From: a virus
DNA: 47,621 nt
Strand: one strand, 5' to 3'
IMG/VR virus record: IMGVR_UViG_3300038379_000272
Span: 1-47,621 of that record
Below, one piece after another: positions 41,552 through 47,621 of the stretch. A model generated the notes under the pieces. It saw only the letters and a program-made list of their open reading frames with translations, was not told the origin of the DNA and did no database searches. Each line of letters opens with the position of its first letter. Position 1 is the stretch's first letter. The translations under genes were made by a program, and so were the position numbers.

Positions 41552-41583
41552 TTCGTCTGCTCCTTTGCTGGTGTTCAGGACCT

Positions 41584-41601
41584 AGAGGGGCGAACCCCTC
41601 T
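41584..41601 (-). other. Perfect 7-bp stem-loop AGAGGGG-nnnn-CCCCTCT after the poly-Asp gene (no U-tract)
   Basis: Read directly, 12 nt after the stop at 41613. Its core resembles the hairpin at 35218..35236. Confidence 0.35.
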
Positions 41602-41612
41602 AAGCCTCAACG

Positions 41613-41876
41613 TCAGTAGGACTTGGGCTCGTGGCAGTTGCCACCGTCATCGTCGTCGTCATCATCGTCGTCGTCGTCGCCAGTGTCCCCGTCCCCGTCC
41701 CCATCTCCGTCCCCGTCCCCGCCGCGGTGGCTGGCCTGAGGCTCAGGGCGATCGTCGTTGTGGGCGGGACAGCCGGCGATAGGGTACTTGTCGCAGTCAG
41801 GAACGGCCCACGCCGCTGAGGGTGAGGTCAGTAGGAGGGTAGCGATAGCGGTCGAAGTCAGTAGAAGGCGTTTCAT
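41613..41876 (-). CDS. Secreted small protein with (GD)6 and D11 acidic tail
   Basis: GGAG lies 7 nt upstream of ATG 41876. 87 aa: MKRLLLTSTAIATLLLTSPSAAWA|VPDCDKY...GGDGDGDGDGDGDTGDDDDDDDDDDDGGNCHEPKSY. Confidence 0.6.
   Translation of the reverse strand: MKRLLLTSTAIATLLLTSPSAAWAVPDCDKYPIAGCPAHNDDRPEPQASHRGGDGDGDGDGDGDTGDDDDDDDDDDDGGNCHEPKSY
41646..41720 (-). repeat. Simple-sequence coding tract: 11 Asp codons plus 6 Gly-Asp dipeptide repeats
   Basis: Plus strand reads gtcatcgtcgtcgtcatcatcgtcgtcgtcgtc ... gtccccgtccccgtccccatctccgtccccgtcccc. Confidence 0.9.
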
Positions 41877-42045
41877 GTCGAGGCTCCAGGGCAGAAGGAA
41901 AGCTGCCACGTACCATCTCCTGCCATAGGTGGTACATGGTTTGGACTTGACGGGGTGAAACGGGGGAGTCTTCCGCCGGAAGATCGCCCCGGTTCTGGGT
42001 GCACGCACTGACCACTAGGGCCAGGACGAGTACGGTTGGCTTCAT
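41797..42045 (-). CDS. Putative lipoprotein
   Basis: 82 aa. MKPTVLVLALVVSA|C has a lipobox VSAC. Strong GGAGGAGGA SD. Its 3' 80 nt overlap the next gene out of frame. Confidence 0.5.
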   Translation of the reverse strand: MKPTVLVLALVVSACTQNRGDLPAEDSPVSPRQVQTMYHLWQEMVRGSFPSALEPRHETPSTDFDRYRYPPTDLTLSGVGRS

Positions 42046-42054
42046 TCCTCCTCC

Positions 42055-43266
42055 TCATAGAGCTTCCTCGAGACGAAGCTCGTGGGCCGAGACGAGCAGG
42101 GCGAAGAGCCTCTCCTGCATCGCTCGGGTTTCGTCACATACGCCGTACTTCAAGTGAACGTACTCTTCGAGGAGGGTCATGACGAGCTGCTTTAGCCCAA
42201 CCTCGAATGTGGAGGAGGAGATAAAGATCTCCTTCTCGTAAGCGAAGCCCATGACGGAATTGCCCAGGCTATCGGCGACGTTGATGGGATAAGCGCTTAG
42301 ATCGAAGCCGGCGGCTTTAAGGAAGGCGGTTGCCTTCTGGAGTAGGAGGGTTTCGCGAGCGTTGGGCGCTCGGACCTCGGGGCGGAACTTGCCGATGGAG
42401 TGGGTGCGCCAGTAGGTGTAGAGGGCCGGAGGCACGCTCGTTACATCGGTTTGGAGCATCTCGTGGACGACGGAGAGGAAGGTGCGGGAGGGGGCAGAGG
42501 AGCCGAGGGAGGGCCAGTCGAGGTGATACTCGTGGAAGTCTTTGCCCGCCGTGAGGATGCGCTTGAGGAGGCCGGCGTCGGAAAGGCGCCCAAGCTCAAA
42601 GGCCAGCCACATATCGGCCGAGCGATGGTCTTTGAGGGTTCTGTCCTCGGTGAGGACGAGGGCGGTGCGGAAGTTGTAGGTCATGACGCTGGGCCGGCCG
42701 TCGGCGAACACGCCAACTTGGATGTTTTTGTAGTAGATTTCGCTGCTTCGGCCGGGGTGGAAGCTGGCGTAGGCGCCCTTATGAAGGGGGTCGGTTTCGA
42801 GGAAGTACTGCGAGCGATTTGCGTGGACGTTGGCGAAGCGCGCGCCCTTGACGCAGATTTGCGTGTAGCCTGGCCGCGGTGGGGGCTCCGAGGCCGCGGT
42901 CGAAACGCTGCCATTCTCGTCGAGGCAGTTCGAGTACAGCTCGCGATAGGAGGTCCAGAACTTCCAGTTCTTGCCGAGGTCGAGGGTGAAGCCCATCGGC
43001 TGCTCGTTCATATAGACGAGGGCGAAATCTTTGCCCCGGATCGCCTCGGTTCGAGCGGAGAACTTATAGCGCTGAGCGCCGGAGTGGACGACTACCTCGC
43101 AGCTATTTCGAAGGAGGATGGCGATGGCGTACTTGAAGCCTGTGCCGAAGAAGCCGATGGGGCTATCGCCCTCCTTGACGTTCGTGCCGAAGGTGGTCAT
43201 GAGCCTGGGGTCGATTTCCCCTTGGTTCGAGAAGATTACGTAGGAGTGGGAAGGAGTGTGGGTCAT
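42055..43266 (-). CDS. Large early orphan protein (Gly-rich GFFGTGFKYA loop)
   Basis: 403 aa. ATGA overlap with the upstream gene. No confident family assignment. Confidence 0.6.
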   Translation of the reverse strand: MTHTPSHSYVIFSNQGEIDPRLMTTFGTNVKEGDSPIGFFGTGFKYAIAILLRNSCEVVVHSGAQRYKFSARTEAIRGKDFALVYMNEQPMGFTLDLGKNWKFWTSYRELYSNCLDENGSVSTAASEPPPRPGYTQICVKGARFANVHANRSQYFLETDPLHKGAYASFHPGRSSEIYYKNIQVGVFADGRPSVMTYNFRTALVLTEDRTLKDHRSADMWLAFELGRLSDAGLLKRILTAGKDFHEYHLDWPSLGSSAPSRTFLSVVHEMLQTDVTSVPPALYTYWRTHSIGKFRPEVRAPNARETLLLQKATAFLKAAGFDLSAYPINVADSLGNSVMGFAYEKEIFISSSTFEVGLKQLVMTLLEEYVHLKYGVCDETRAMQERLFALLVSAHELRLEEAL

Positions 43267-43499
43267 GTTGCTACCTCATAGCTTGCGGGATCGACAAAGT
43301 CGATGCGGGTGATGAAGCGGAGATTGAGGACCGACGGACCTGCTTCATAGTACCGGCGGGGATTGCGAGCATCGACGCGCGCTGCTCGAAGGGCGGGCAA
43401 GAGGCCCGAGGAGGGGAGAGGCATCAGCTCACTTCCTTGGTGGAGGAAGAAGCGCTGGGGTGCTTCGAGGCTTTCGAAGTAGACTTCGGCGAGCTTCAT
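43263..43499 (-). CDS. Hypothetical protein
   Basis: ATG 43499 forms an ATGA overlap with the upstream stop. 78 aa. Confidence 0.55.
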   Translation of the reverse strand: MKLAEVYFESLEAPQRFFLHQGSELMPLPSSGLLPALRAARVDARNPRRYYEAGPSVLNLRFITRIDFVDPASYEVAT

Positions 43500-43909
43500 G
43501 CGTTGCCCTCCGGGGTGCCGAGGGCGGTTTCGACGAGGCAAGAGCGAAGGGTTGCTTGCATCTCGGTTAGGATGGCGAGACACTGCTCGACGTCGGCCTT
43601 GCGGCGGAGGCCGCAGGCGGAGCTGAAGCCGTTCGCGAGGGCGGTGAAGGCCTGAATGAAGTGGATGTCGTCGCAGGTGAGGGGTTTGTGGATGGAGTGT
43701 AGATGCGCGTGGACGAGCGCCCAGGCTTCACACTCGGCCTCGCTCATAGCCTGAAGCAGCTCCTGCACCTTCTCGGGAAGGGCGAGGTAGGCCTTTGCGG
43801 CGAGGTTGTCGGCGGTCTGCCGCTCGAAGGTTTCGGCGGAGATGTAGGGCTTGTGGTCCTTTCCGAGTTTAGCGAGAAGGCCGTCGATGAGGGTAGAGAG
43901 CTTTTCCAT
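43496..43909 (-). CDS. Hypothetical protein
   Basis: 137 aa. AGGAG lies within the tail of the upstream gene. Confidence 0.6.
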   Translation of the reverse strand: MEKLSTLIDGLLAKLGKDHKPYISAETFERQTADNLAAKAYLALPEKVQELLQAMSEAECEAWALVHAHLHSIHKPLTCDDIHFIQAFTALANGFSSACGLRRKADVEQCLAILTEMQATLRSCLVETALGTPEGNA

Positions 43910-44268
43910 TAGATCAACTCCTGAAGAGAGGGTATGCGAGGAGGGGCGGCCGGGGTGGCCGGCCTGAGGATGATCGGGGCTGGGCGCTCCGGGGTGAAGG
44001 CGGCCGCCTGCTCGTAGGGGGTCAGTTCCGCGGCCGAGGACTCCCAGCAGGGGAGGCAGGCTGGGATTTCGACCTCGACGTAGCGGACAGTGCGGGTGAT
44101 GTGGTGGGCGTCCTCGGGTTTCCGGGGAACGATCGCCACCTTGCGGGGGTCACCAGCTACGCTGTGGAACATCATGTGAGTGAGGGGCGAGGGGGCAGAG
44201 GCGACGCTGCCGCACATGCGACAGCGCCTCTGCTCCATCACCAGAACGTCAGCGGTGTGGAGGAGCAT
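43909..44268 (-). CDS. Zinc-finger protein (ends PSLQELI)
   Basis: 119 aa with CRMCG...CLPC. Confidence 0.55.
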   Translation of the reverse strand: MLLHTADVLVMEQRRCRMCGSVASAPSPLTHMMFHSVAGDPRKVAIVPRKPEDAHHITRTVRYVEVEIPACLPCWESSAAELTPYEQAAAFTPERPAPIILRPATPAAPPRIPSLQELI

Positions 44269-44270
44269 CG

Positions 44271-44504
44271 TTAGCCTGCTTTCTGAAAGGTATCACGGGT
44301 GAAGGTTCCGCCGAGGGCGTCGATGAGGGCCAGGCGGTTGGAGAGCATGATTTCGATCAGCTCGTTGTCCATCGGCCCTTGCCAGACCTCGGCCCAGAAG
44401 GCGCGGAGGCGAACCTCCGCATCGTACCTCAGGGCCTCGTTGCGGTCTAGGAAGATCTTGCCGTCGCTGGCGGTGAAGATGAGCTTTTTGCTTTCGGTAA
44501 TCAT
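44271..44504 (-). CDS. Hypothetical protein
   Basis: 77 aa. ATGA overlap with the upstream stop. Confidence 0.55.
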   Translation of the reverse strand: MITESKKLIFTASDGKIFLDRNEALRYDAEVRLRAFWAEVWQGPMDNELIEIMLSNRLALIDALGGTFTRDTFQKAG

Positions 44505-44725
44505 AGCCTGGCTCCGCGGCCGAGGCGGGTGAAGCGCCAGTGGCCGAACACCACGACGCCCTTGCGGGCGAGGCGGCGGCCGAGGAGGGCGATTTCCGCC
44601 TTGGGCATTGAGTGGAAGAAGTAGGGCTTGAGGGTCCGAAGGCGCATGACGAACTCGAAACGCCAGCGAGCGCCCTGCCGGAGGCGGGAGTCGGCTCGAA
44701 CGAGCATATAGCTGTTCCGTTTCAT
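44501..44725 (-). CDS. Hypothetical basic protein
   Basis: 74 aa, Arg-rich. GAGGG SD. Confidence 0.5.
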   Translation of the reverse strand: MKRNSYMLVRADSRLRQGARWRFEFVMRLRTLKPYFFHSMPKAEIALLGRRLARKGVVVFGHWRFTRLGRGARL

Positions 44726-44729
44726 GGCG

Positions 44730-44909
44730 CTAGCCCTCGACCGTAATGGTTAGGCGTTGGGGGCGCTGGCCGGCCAGCCGGGCCTTTCGCAGGTAGAGGG
44801 TTCCGATCAGAGGGTTGTCCTTGGGGTCCTTTTCGTCAAAGACGAGGGTGCCTTTGGTTTCGCGCTCGAACTCGAAGGTTGCGGTCTGCTTTTCGAAGGA
44901 GGAGGTCAT
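44730..44909 (-). CDS. Hypothetical small protein (not in the ORF track)
   Basis: 59 aa: MTSSFEKQTATFEFERETKGTLVFDEKDPKDNPLIGTLYLRKARLAGQRPQRLTITVEG. GGAG SD and TAATG overlap. Confidence 0.55.
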   Translation of the reverse strand: MTSSFEKQTATFEFERETKGTLVFDEKDPKDNPLIGTLYLRKARLAGQRPQRLTITVEG

Positions 44910-45211
44910 TAGATCAGCTCCGTGATAGAGGGCGACCGTCGGCCGGCCCTGGAGTTAAGCCTCTTGGTGGAGAGCTTTGGGCGGACAGTCGCACCATCGG
45001 TGCTCGTATGCGCCTTGAGCCAGGTTCGGATGAGGCTGATGATCCGAGCCTTTTGCTGGTCCGCGAAGCGCTGGGCCTCGTAGGCGGTAACGAACGCCGA
45101 GGTGCCTTCGCGGGAGAGGAGGTGCTCGCGGCCATCCACGAGCAGAAGGGCGCGATAGTGCGCCATGCCCTGAGAGTTGATGAGCTGTTTGTGGGTTGCG
45201 AGGATCTGCAT
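44909..45211 (-). CDS. Hypothetical protein (ends PSITELI)
   Basis: 100 aa. Confidence 0.55.
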   Translation of the reverse strand: MQILATHKQLINSQGMAHYRALLLVDGREHLLSREGTSAFVTAYEAQRFADQQKARIISLIRTWLKAHTSTDGATVRPKLSTKRLNSRAGRRSPSITELI

Positions 45212-45579
45212 CAGATCAGGTCCGAGAGCTTCGAGTGAGGATCGACTCTAATGGCCTCTAGGCCGTGCGAGCGCTCTTGCGCTAGGAGGCGGAACGCCGG
45301 CTCGGTGTCCCGCCAGGAATAGGGGTAGGCGGCGATGAGCCACTTTAGGTTGAAGCTCATCTCCTGCGAGGTTTTAGTCCCAAAGATATGGGCCATCGCT
45401 CTGCGCTCGATGGGCAGGGCGTCGAGGCGAGCCATGAGCGGAGCGGCCACTCGAGGGCCGTACTCCGCAGGAGTGAGGCCGTTCTTCATGCGGTGTACCG
45501 GCTGCGCGGCGTGCCACGCCTCGCTCTGCGGTAGCGGCGAGAAGTCCGTACGAGGGGCCTTTCGGCGAGAAGTCCTCAT
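45211..45579 (-). CDS. Hypothetical protein (ends KLSDLI)
   Basis: 122 aa. Confidence 0.55.
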   Translation of the reverse strand: MRTSRRKAPRTDFSPLPQSEAWHAAQPVHRMKNGLTPAEYGPRVAAPLMARLDALPIERRAMAHIFGTKTSQEMSFNLKWLIAAYPYSWRDTEPAFRLLAQERSHGLEAIRVDPHSKLSDLI

Positions 45580-45743
45580 ACGATCACCTCAACGCGAGTG
45601 GTAATGACAATGCGGCCGGCTTCGCTCTCCTCGATCAGCCAGGCGGCAATGGCCTCGGGGTCCCTGAAGTCGCGAAAGCCAGCGCCTCCGCCGAGGCCAG
45701 CGTGAGGGGTTGCAATCAGGTAGTGGATACGAAAGCGTTTCAT
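45576..45743 (-). CDS. Hypothetical small protein, first gene after promoter 45821..45849 (not in the ORF track)
   Basis: 55 aa: MKRFRIHYLIATPHAGLGGGAGFRDFRDPEAIAAWLIEESEAGRIVITTRVEVIV. GGAG lies 6 nt upstream. ATGA overlap with the next gene. Confidence 0.5.
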   Translation of the reverse strand: MKRFRIHYLIATPHAGLGGGAGFRDFRDPEAIAAWLIEESEAGRIVITTRVEVIV

Positions 45744-45820
45744 CTCTTGCTCCTTTTAGCCGCCGGAGGTTCAGGTTTGCGGTAGCAGAGGCGCGGCGGG
45801 ATGCAACTCGGCCATCCCTA

Positions 45821-45849
45821 TATATGGGGTTGACGTAGGGGAATGTCAA
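45821..45849 (-). promoter_or_regulatory. Sigma70-like promoter TTGACA-N17-CATATA (or N19-TATATA)
   Basis: Minus strand reads ggtaTTGACAttcccctacgtcaaccCCATATATAggg in the 125-nt gap upstream of the early operon. Confidence 0.55.
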
Positions 45850-45868
45850 TACCTAGGGGGGATGGTTT

Positions 45869-46489
45869 TTACGTAGGGTTTTTTGCCCGCCCATGCGCGT
45901 TGGTTTCGGGGGCATCCGGGTCGCCGGATGGCGCTAGCGGCAATGGGCGGTCAATTTCCGTAGGGCCGGGGGGCATCCGTTCGGGTTCGATCCCACCGCC
46001 GTCCGGGGCGACCGGCCCGCCGGACCTTGCGGCCCGAGCGCCGCCGCTGCCGGGGGTGAAGCCGAGAGCTTCGAGGGTCTTTTCGCTCTCGGTCTTTTCG
46101 CGCTGCACGCCCTCTAGGGCGGTCAGCCCTAGTTTTGCTCGCTCGATTTCGACGCGGTGTTCGAGGTCAGCGTTCGCGGCCGATTTGGGGAGTTGCGGCT
46201 CGAAGTAGCCATAGGCTCCGATGCCTGCGGGGCCTTTCTCTGTGGTGAAGCTCAGGTCGGGGCGATGGCCTCCGGTTCCGTCGGGGTTCTGGCGCTCGCG
46301 GTCGCGGCGGCGGCGTTTTACGGCGTTGTCCTTGCACCTTAGGCTGCAGTAGAGGCCGATAGAGCTTTGTGGCATGAAGGGGGTACTGCAGTAGTAGCAG
46401 ATGCGAAGGGGCGATAGCCCCAGGTCGGCGGCTCGCTGGGATAGCATTAGGGCGGCGTCGCGAGGGGAAAGGTGGTCGTACTCGAACAT
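45869..46489 (-). CDS. Zinc-ribbon protein with disordered C-half (candidate early regulator)
   Basis: Start taken as ATG 46489; the listed start 46531 is a TTG. CYYC-x13-CSLRC followed by KRRRRDRERQ. No clear SD. Confidence 0.5.
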   Translation of the reverse strand: MFEYDHLSPRDAALMLSQRAADLGLSPLRICYYCSTPFMPQSSIGLYCSLRCKDNAVKRRRRDRERQNPDGTGGHRPDLSFTTEKGPAGIGAYGYFEPQLPKSAANADLEHRVEIERAKLGLTALEGVQREKTESEKTLEALGFTPGSGGARAARSGGPVAPDGGGIEPERMPPGPTEIDRPLPLAPSGDPDAPETNAHGRAKNPT

Positions 46490-46537
46490 GGTGGGGGGAG
46501 CCTTTCGCTTAGAGGTGAAAAACCGGGGCAATGTTCG

Positions 46538-46566
46538 ATCCTACCACGGATGGATCGGTCTGTCAA
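46538..46566 (-). promoter_or_regulatory. Sigma70-like promoter TTGACA-N17-TAGGAT
   Basis: Read on the minus strand. It is directly abutted upstream by the 24-bp inverted-repeat site 46567..46590. Confidence 0.5.
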
Positions 46567-46590
46567 CGTGATGGATGCAAGCATATTCCG
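46567..46590. repeat. 24-bp inverted repeat, left copy (cgtgatggatgcaagcatattccg)
   Basis: Its reverse complement matches 46743..46766 at 22 of 24 positions. The core ATGCWWGCAT is itself near-palindromic. Confidence 0.85.
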
Positions 46591-46623
46591 GGGTCGCGGC
46601 CCCTAGTCCTCCCCGGTTTTAGG

Positions 46624-46653
46624 TGGGGCTAAGCGCCTTGGCGCTTCAAGCCC
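46624..46653. other. Strong hairpin GGGGCT-AAGCGCC / GGCGCTT-ca-AGCCCC
   Basis: 13 bp with a 2-nt bulge, read directly. No clear U-tract on either strand. Confidence 0.5.
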
Positions 46654-46742
46654 CCTTCTTGGTTAAGTGATATATAAATTTTCAGTTTACACTTCCGGTA
46701 GCGGCTGGGTGCGATTATGGGGCGGGGGGCGGGGGGCGATGG

Positions 46743-46766
46743 CGGAACATGCTTGCATCCGTCACG
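46743..46766. repeat. 24-bp inverted repeat, right copy (cggaacatgcttgcatccgtcacg)
   Basis: See the left copy. The two copies are separated by 152 nt. Confidence 0.85.
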
Positions 46767-46832
46767 CCGATAGGCTGACAGGCGGTTCTACGTTCCGCTA
46801 CGCCAACGGGCCGCGAAACGGCCCACGAGCGG

Positions 46833-46858
46833 AAAAGCCCCCGCCTTGCGGCAGGGGC
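46833..46858 (-). terminator. Rho-independent terminator after gene 46887..47408
   Basis: Minus strand reads GCCCCTGCC-gcaa-GGCGGGGGC (9 bp including one G-U pair, GNRA loop) followed by TTTTCC. Confidence 0.6.
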
Positions 46859-46886
46859 CTCCCGTTTCGCACTAGTGCGATAGCGC

Positions 46887-47408
46887 TTAGACCAGATCGG
46901 CGGATGTACCGCCAGTTGCGCCCTTCGCCTTTTCGGCCATCTTGGCCGCGCGGGCAACCGCCGCCTCGGCACGTTTCGCCTCGTAGGCCGCCCGAACCGC
47001 CGGATTGGCGAGGGCCTTCTTCCGAGCCGGTTCGCCGTCTTTGCCGGTGTACTTCGCGATGACGGCGGCACGGTCGTACGCTACGCCGTCCGCGTCGCAA
47101 ACCGCCATGACGGCCTCGGCAACCAGGGTCGGACGCGGGCCGGCCTCGCCCTTGATGGTCCAGTCGCCAGCCCGCAGACGCTCGACGACAGCGAGCACGG
47201 CCTCGGCCGCCTCGTCGCCGCTCTTCCCGGCCGCCGCGTCGCCGATCTTCTGCAACAGACCGTGGCAAATGGCCTGTGCGCGGATTTCGTCCGAAAGGCT
47301 CGCCACGTCAATCGTGGCGGTTTCGCCGGTTTCCAGGAGTTTCACGGTGACGCTCGTGAAATCGTCTGCATAGTCTTTGTCCAATACGCGCTTACGTTCG
47401 GATGCCAT
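46887..47408 (-). CDS. Hypothetical protein; monocistronic unit next to the genome-end region
   Basis: 173 aa. AGGAG lies 9 nt upstream of the ATG. It has its own promoter (47464..47492) and terminator (46833..46858). Ends TSADLV. Confidence 0.65.
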   Translation of the reverse strand: MASERKRVLDKDYADDFTSVTVKLLETGETATIDVASLSDEIRAQAICHGLLQKIGDAAAGKSGDEAAEAVLAVVERLRAGDWTIKGEAGPRPTLVAEAVMAVCDADGVAYDRAAVIAKYTGKDGEPARKKALANPAVRAAYEAKRAEAAVARAAKMAEKAKGATGGTSADLV

Positions 47409-47463
47409 GATGGCAGTCTCCTCGTTTCAAAAGCCGGGGGCGGGATGCCCAACCGGCACATCC

Positions 47464-47492
47464 AATATGGGTGCGACTCGTCCGGTTTGCAA
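47464..47492 (-). promoter_or_regulatory. Sigma70-like promoter TTGCAA-N17-CATATT
   Basis: Minus strand reads cATTGCAAaccggacgagtcgcaccCATATTgg, about 55 nt upstream of ATG 47408. Confidence 0.45.
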
Positions 47493-47494
47493 TG

Positions 47495-47621
47495 CCCCCC
47501 ACGTCGAAAGCAACATTGTTGCTCGCGATGTTCGACGGGGGGTCGGCGGGGTCGCGAGGCTCGCGGCGGGGGGTCGGCGGTCCCGGCGGCGGGGGTCGGC
47601 CTGGCGGTCTCGCCTCACCCT
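47495..47621. repeat. Right copy of the exact 127-bp terminal direct repeat
   Basis: Identical to 1..127. Confidence 0.95.

Noticed and set aside
46716-46740. G-quadruplex call for GGGGCGGGGGGCGGGGGGCG
   Set aside because: There are only three separated G-runs. A canonical four-tract G4 would need zero-length loops, so it is kept only as a repeat within the non-coding hub.
47427-47618. 63-aa ORF inside the terminal repeat and G-run region
   Set aside because: It is Arg/Pro-rich, lies in the structured non-coding region, and would be split by the circular junction.
1-47621. tRNA, rRNA, integrase or repressor, CRISPR array, phage RNA polymerase
   Set aside because: None was recognised on either strand by eye. 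A tRNAscan or HMM run would be needed to exclude small RNAs formally.

Overview
The window is one complete, gene-dense, GC-rich tailed-phage genome. Bases 1..127 are repeated exactly at 47495..47621, so the contig is circular or terminally redundant with a unit length of 47,494 bp. Two arms converge and overlap at about 29.0 kb. The + arm (407..29052) encodes packaging genes (terS-like, a PD-(D/E)xK-like ORF, terL), portal, scaffold and major capsid. It continues with several fibre or tail proteins, an embedded lysis cassette (M15 endolysin, an unlisted 59-aa holin, an overlapped spanin-like pair), Gly/Pro/Met-rich internal proteins and a 1932-aa polyvalent virion protein with a zincin HELGH motif. 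The - arm (47408..29007) holds early and middle genes behind four sigma70-like promoters, three of them with a perfect TTGACA -35 box. It starts with many small orphan ORFs, including zinc ribbons and secreted or lipoprotein morons. A recombination and replication block follows: Cas4-like nuclease, AAA ATPase, a DnaQ-like exonuclease with two catalytic substitutions, SSB-like protein and a ParB-domain beta-class DNA methyltransferase. That block ends with a UDG-fused family A DNA polymerase, a DUF1937-like protein and a P-loop helicase-like protein. I saw no integrase, repressor, phage RNA polymerase, tRNA, rRNA or CRISPR array, so this is probably a virulent podovirus-like phage that uses host RNAP. 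An alphaproteobacterial host is only a weak inference. The findings I rate highest are these: (1) the polymerase is split after the NLQNI motif by a ~0.5-kb, translationally coupled two-ORF insertion; (2) a tail-region protein carries an internal duplication with 63 identical residues but about 44 synonymous nucleotide differences; (3) a C-terminal PS[IL]x[DE]LI tail recurs on unrelated early proteins; (4) a secreted (GD)6-D11 protein and a lipoprotein are encoded together; (5) two structured non-coding hubs sit at 1..406 and 46532..46886. All functional calls rest on motifs read by eye and on gene order. No database search was possible.
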